DNA of 32,000 bases from NCBI GenBank assembly GCA_963699255.1, contig OY969425.1, forward strand, positions 630,001 through 662,000, read 5' to 3'. This document shows, piece by piece, positions 31,188-32,000 of the stretch (position 1 is its first letter; every line of letters starts with the position of its first letter). The notes beneath the pieces are model-generated. The model made no database searches and was not told where the DNA came from. It was given only the letters and a program-made list of their open reading frames with translations. This stretch comes from an uncultured bacterium. Its GTDB lineage: Bacteria > Margulisbacteria > WOR-1 > CAVSGV01. The position numbers and the translations under genes were made by a program.

Positions 31188-32000
31188 TTACTTCAATACT
31201 ATTATTTTCCCTTTCCCTATCGTTCGGCCCTCGGAAGCTATCCTGAAAAGATACACGCCATTCGCGACCGTTTCCCCGAAATCGTTTTTCCCGTCCCAGT
31301 AAACCCTGTTCGTTCCCTGGTTGCCTCCGTTCGTCCCGGATGAAAAGTATTTCCTGCAGATCAAGCTGCCTGATATATCAAAAAAGTAAATATAAGTTTC
31401 GGAATTCGCGTTAAGATCGTATTTGATCATTATCGATCCCTTGTTCGGATTGAACGGGTTCGGGCCGTACTGGGCCCGCGCCATAAGCAAAGGCGAGTCG
31501 GAAGACCCGGCATGAAAGATGATCATTTTTGCTTTTGACGTGAGATCGTTCAAAGTAAGTCTTACGGTCAAGTCGCCGTCTAATCCGGTCGAATCCAGGA
31601 CAGCCAAGGTCCCGTTAAGCACCGGGGTTGTGGAAGTCTCAAGTGTTGTCCATGTTGTCGGGCTGCTGCCTCGTCCGTATTCAACCACGTATTTGCTGAA
31701 TGTTTCACCAGTCGCGCTTCCAAGTATATTGATAACCCCATAGGCGGTCCCTTTATTCGCTGGAGAAGAAATGTATCCGTAAAGCCCGCCTAGTGACGCA
31801 AAAGCATTTATGCGTCCTTTGCCAAGCTTCCCTTCGTAACCGGGATTATACGCGTCAATATTATCCGCATAATCTTCAATCCTCTGGACCACCGCTTCAG
31901 CTGATATCCCGGGATACTTCGCGATAATAAGCGCCGCCAGCCCTGAAACAAAAGGCGTTGCCATGGAAGTACCTTCAAGCCATTCATCACTTACATCATC
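31188..32000 (-). CDS. subtilisin-like serine protease (S8), 5' end outside window, with a C-terminal FlgD-Ig-like beta-sandwich domain
   Basis: The frame is open to the window edge (...DDVSDEWLEGTSMATPFVSGLAAL is the catalytic Ser motif GTSMAxP). The C-terminal region NRVYWDGKNDFGETVANGVYLFRIASEGRTIGKGKIIVLK resembles FlgD-Ig / sorting-type domains. Confidence 0.85.
   Translation of the reverse strand, partial: DDVSDEWLEGTSMATPFVSGLAALIIAKYPGISAEAVVQRIEDYADNIDAYNPGYEGKLGKGRINAFASLGGLYGYISSPANKGTAYGVINILGSATGETFSKYVVEYGRGSSPTTWTTLETSTTPVLNGTLAVLDSTGLDGDLTVRLTLNDLTSKAKMIIFHAGSSDSPLLMARAQYGPNPFNPNKGSIMIKYDLNANSETYIYFFDISGSLICRKYFSSGTNGGNQGTNRVYWDGKNDFGETVANGVYLFRIASEGRTIGKGKIIVLK

Overview
**Overview.** This is a chromosomal segment of an uncultivated-type bacterium, about half G+C by eye (not computed). 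It is mostly housekeeping operons.

**Gene order.**
- Minus strand: accC, nusB, ribE, ribBA, ribH.
- Plus strand: a small SWIB-like gene and a polysaccharide deacetylase.
- tRNA-Gly(CCC), then a low-G+C islet of about 2 kb, then two small envelope/Cys-cluster genes, then tRNA-Cys(GCA) and tRNA-Val(GAC).
- Minus strand: a GT-B glycosyltransferase and a GT-C/TPR membrane protein.
- Plus strand: pyrK, pyrD, ogg.
- Minus strand: a FemX-like gene translationally coupled to murE.
- Plus strand: a glutamine amidotransferase of the PabA/TrpG type.
- One long minus-strand operon: asd, methyltransferase, RCK K+ channel, DUF2148, cysE, cysS, serS, fmdB.
- An orphan histidine kinase.
- Minus strand: prfB, a large membrane protein, and a CsaB::TagA fusion.
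- A partial S8 protease at the right edge.

**Most notable signals.**
1. tRNA-Gly is followed by stacked partial copies of itself. These border an AT-rich islet that carries an orphan PD-(D/E)xK-like protein with its own palindromic operator. The islet also holds a PEGA/beta-barrel gene bracketed by 30-bp direct repeats.
2. Tandem 7-8 nt repeats fill several intergenic spacers, some as inverted arrays around tRNA-Val and around murE-femX.
3. Envelope biosynthesis shows unusual linkages: a CsaB::TagA fusion, and MurE with DDPH in place of DNPR next to a FemX-like gene.
4. At least six single-nucleotide frame disruptions sit in otherwise conserved genes (cysS twice, ogg, histidine kinase, deacetylase, PEGA-barrel). 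Three sit in runs of 3-6 identical bases and the others beside runs of 2-3. I read these as probable sequence or assembly indels, not biology.

**Not found.** No integrase, transposase, CRISPR array or recognisable multi-gene defence system.

**Limits.** All calls come from manual translation and motif recognition. No searches or computations were run.
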